In this document: positions 63,367-64,000 of the stretch, piece after piece
Layout of the letters: each line of letters opens with the position of its first letter
Position numbering within the stretch: the first letter of the stretch is position 1
DNA from: an uncultured virus (IMG/VR IMGVR_UViG_3300017991_000058)
Lineage: Duplodnaviria; Heunggongvirae; Uroviricota; Caudoviricetes
IMG/VR virus record: IMGVR_UViG_3300017991_000058
Length of the DNA: 64,000 nt
Direction: 5' to 3' (one strand)
The notes under the pieces: generated by a model
The model's database searches: none
The model's input: only the letters and a program-made list of their open reading frames with translations
Told to the model about the DNA's origin: nothing
Program-made: the position numbers and the translations under genes

Positions 63367-63999
63367 CTAGACGGCCCTGGCGAACGCGCCCCTCTCGACG
63401 GCCCTTCGATAGACGTCGACCGTCCGCGCCGCGGAGGCGTCCCAGGTGAAGTCGCGGACGCGGCGCATGCCGAGGTCGACCAGCTCGGCCCGGAGCTCTG
63501 GACTGCGCAGGTCCCTGAGCGCCGCGAGGATGCTCCCCGGACTCCGCGGCCGGACGACCATCGCGTACTCCCGGCCGGAGGCGTCGCAGACGATCTCCCC
63601 GAGCCCGTCGACGTCCGTGGCTATCAGCGGAGTCCCCATCGCCATCGCCTCTAGAGCGACGAGCCCGAACGGCTCGTGGATCGACGGCATCAGGACGACG
63701 TCGGCGAGCGCGTAGAGATCGCGAAGGGCCTGACCGTGCTTGAACTTCACCCAGCGGAGACGCTCCGGATGGGCCTGCTCGAGCGCCCTTATCCGCCGCG
63801 TCACCTCCCAACGCTCTACGTCGTTCTCGGTGTTCGCGGCGACGTCGCCGGCCATGACGACCTGCCAGCCGGAGTCCGCGCTCTCGATCGCCTCGATCAG
63901 AGGGACGACGCCCTTCATCGTCGCGATCCGCCCGCAGTACAGGGCGACCGGACGGCGGGAGATCGGCAGGCCGTCCGCGAAGCCAAGACCGCAGTCCGA
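63367..63999 (-). CDS. GT4 (GT-B) glycosyltransferase, 5'-truncated by the window edge
   Basis: LYCGRIATMKG, PSIHEPFGLVALEAMAMGTP, FTWD; frame open to the window end. Confidence 0.88.
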   Translation of the reverse strand, partial: SDCGLGFADGLPISRRPVALYCGRIATMKGVVPLIEAIESADSGWQVVMAGDVAANTENDVERWEVTRRIRALEQAHPERLRWVKFKHGQALRDLYALADVVLMPSIHEPFGLVALEAMAMGTPLIATDVDGLGEIVCDASGREYAMVVRPRSPGSILAALRDLRSPELRAELVDLGMRRVRDFTWDASAARTVDVYRRAVERGAFARAV

Positions 64000-64000
64000 G

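Noticed and set aside
1..64000. Very frequent GTCGAC, CTCGAG and GACGTC palindromes as a sign of no restriction-site avoidance
   Set aside because: Explained by Val-Asp, Leu-Glu and Asp-Val codon pairs at high GC; would need a codon-aware Markov test that I cannot run.
1..64000. Stop-codon reassignment
   Set aside because: Core genes read intact in the standard bacterial code and TAG, TGA and TAA all terminate genes at sensible positions.

Overview
A 64 kb internal segment of a high-GC, contractile-tailed (myovirus-type) phage or prophage, almost entirely encoded on the minus strand. Right to left in transcription order: a partial GT4 glycosyltransferase, neck/adaptor genes, tail sheath, tube, chaperone with a -1 frameshift site, tape measure, baseplate and fibre, a lysis cassette, and a resolvase. 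Next come a divergently transcribed MoxR/vWA module and a phage sigma factor. These are followed by a full replication/recombination block: SF2 and DnaB-like helicases each with an intein, an iteron-containing HTH initiator, primase, UDG-fused family A polymerase, SSB, RecA-like protein and SbcCD-like nuclease. Small early-type genes lie at the left end. The stand-out locus is a tightly coupled operon at 5.5-11.3 kb: ParB-like, EPSP synthase (aroA), a C5-cytosine MTase with Arg in place of the motif X Asn (GRAV), a UDG-like protein, an AsnB-like glutamine amidotransferase and carboxy-SAM synthase (cmoA). I read this as a DNA 5-carboxymethylcytosine pathway, probably amidated to a carbamoylmethyl base, with its own shikimate enzyme feeding the prephenate carboxyl donor. 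Also seen: a 12-bp gene-proximal motif (GAYGAGCARTAA, 6 copies) and an out-of-frame DUF559 endonuclease remnant inside an intein. No tRNA, rRNA, CRISPR, integrase, terminase or capsid gene was recognised. All family calls come from reading motifs by eye; no searches were run.
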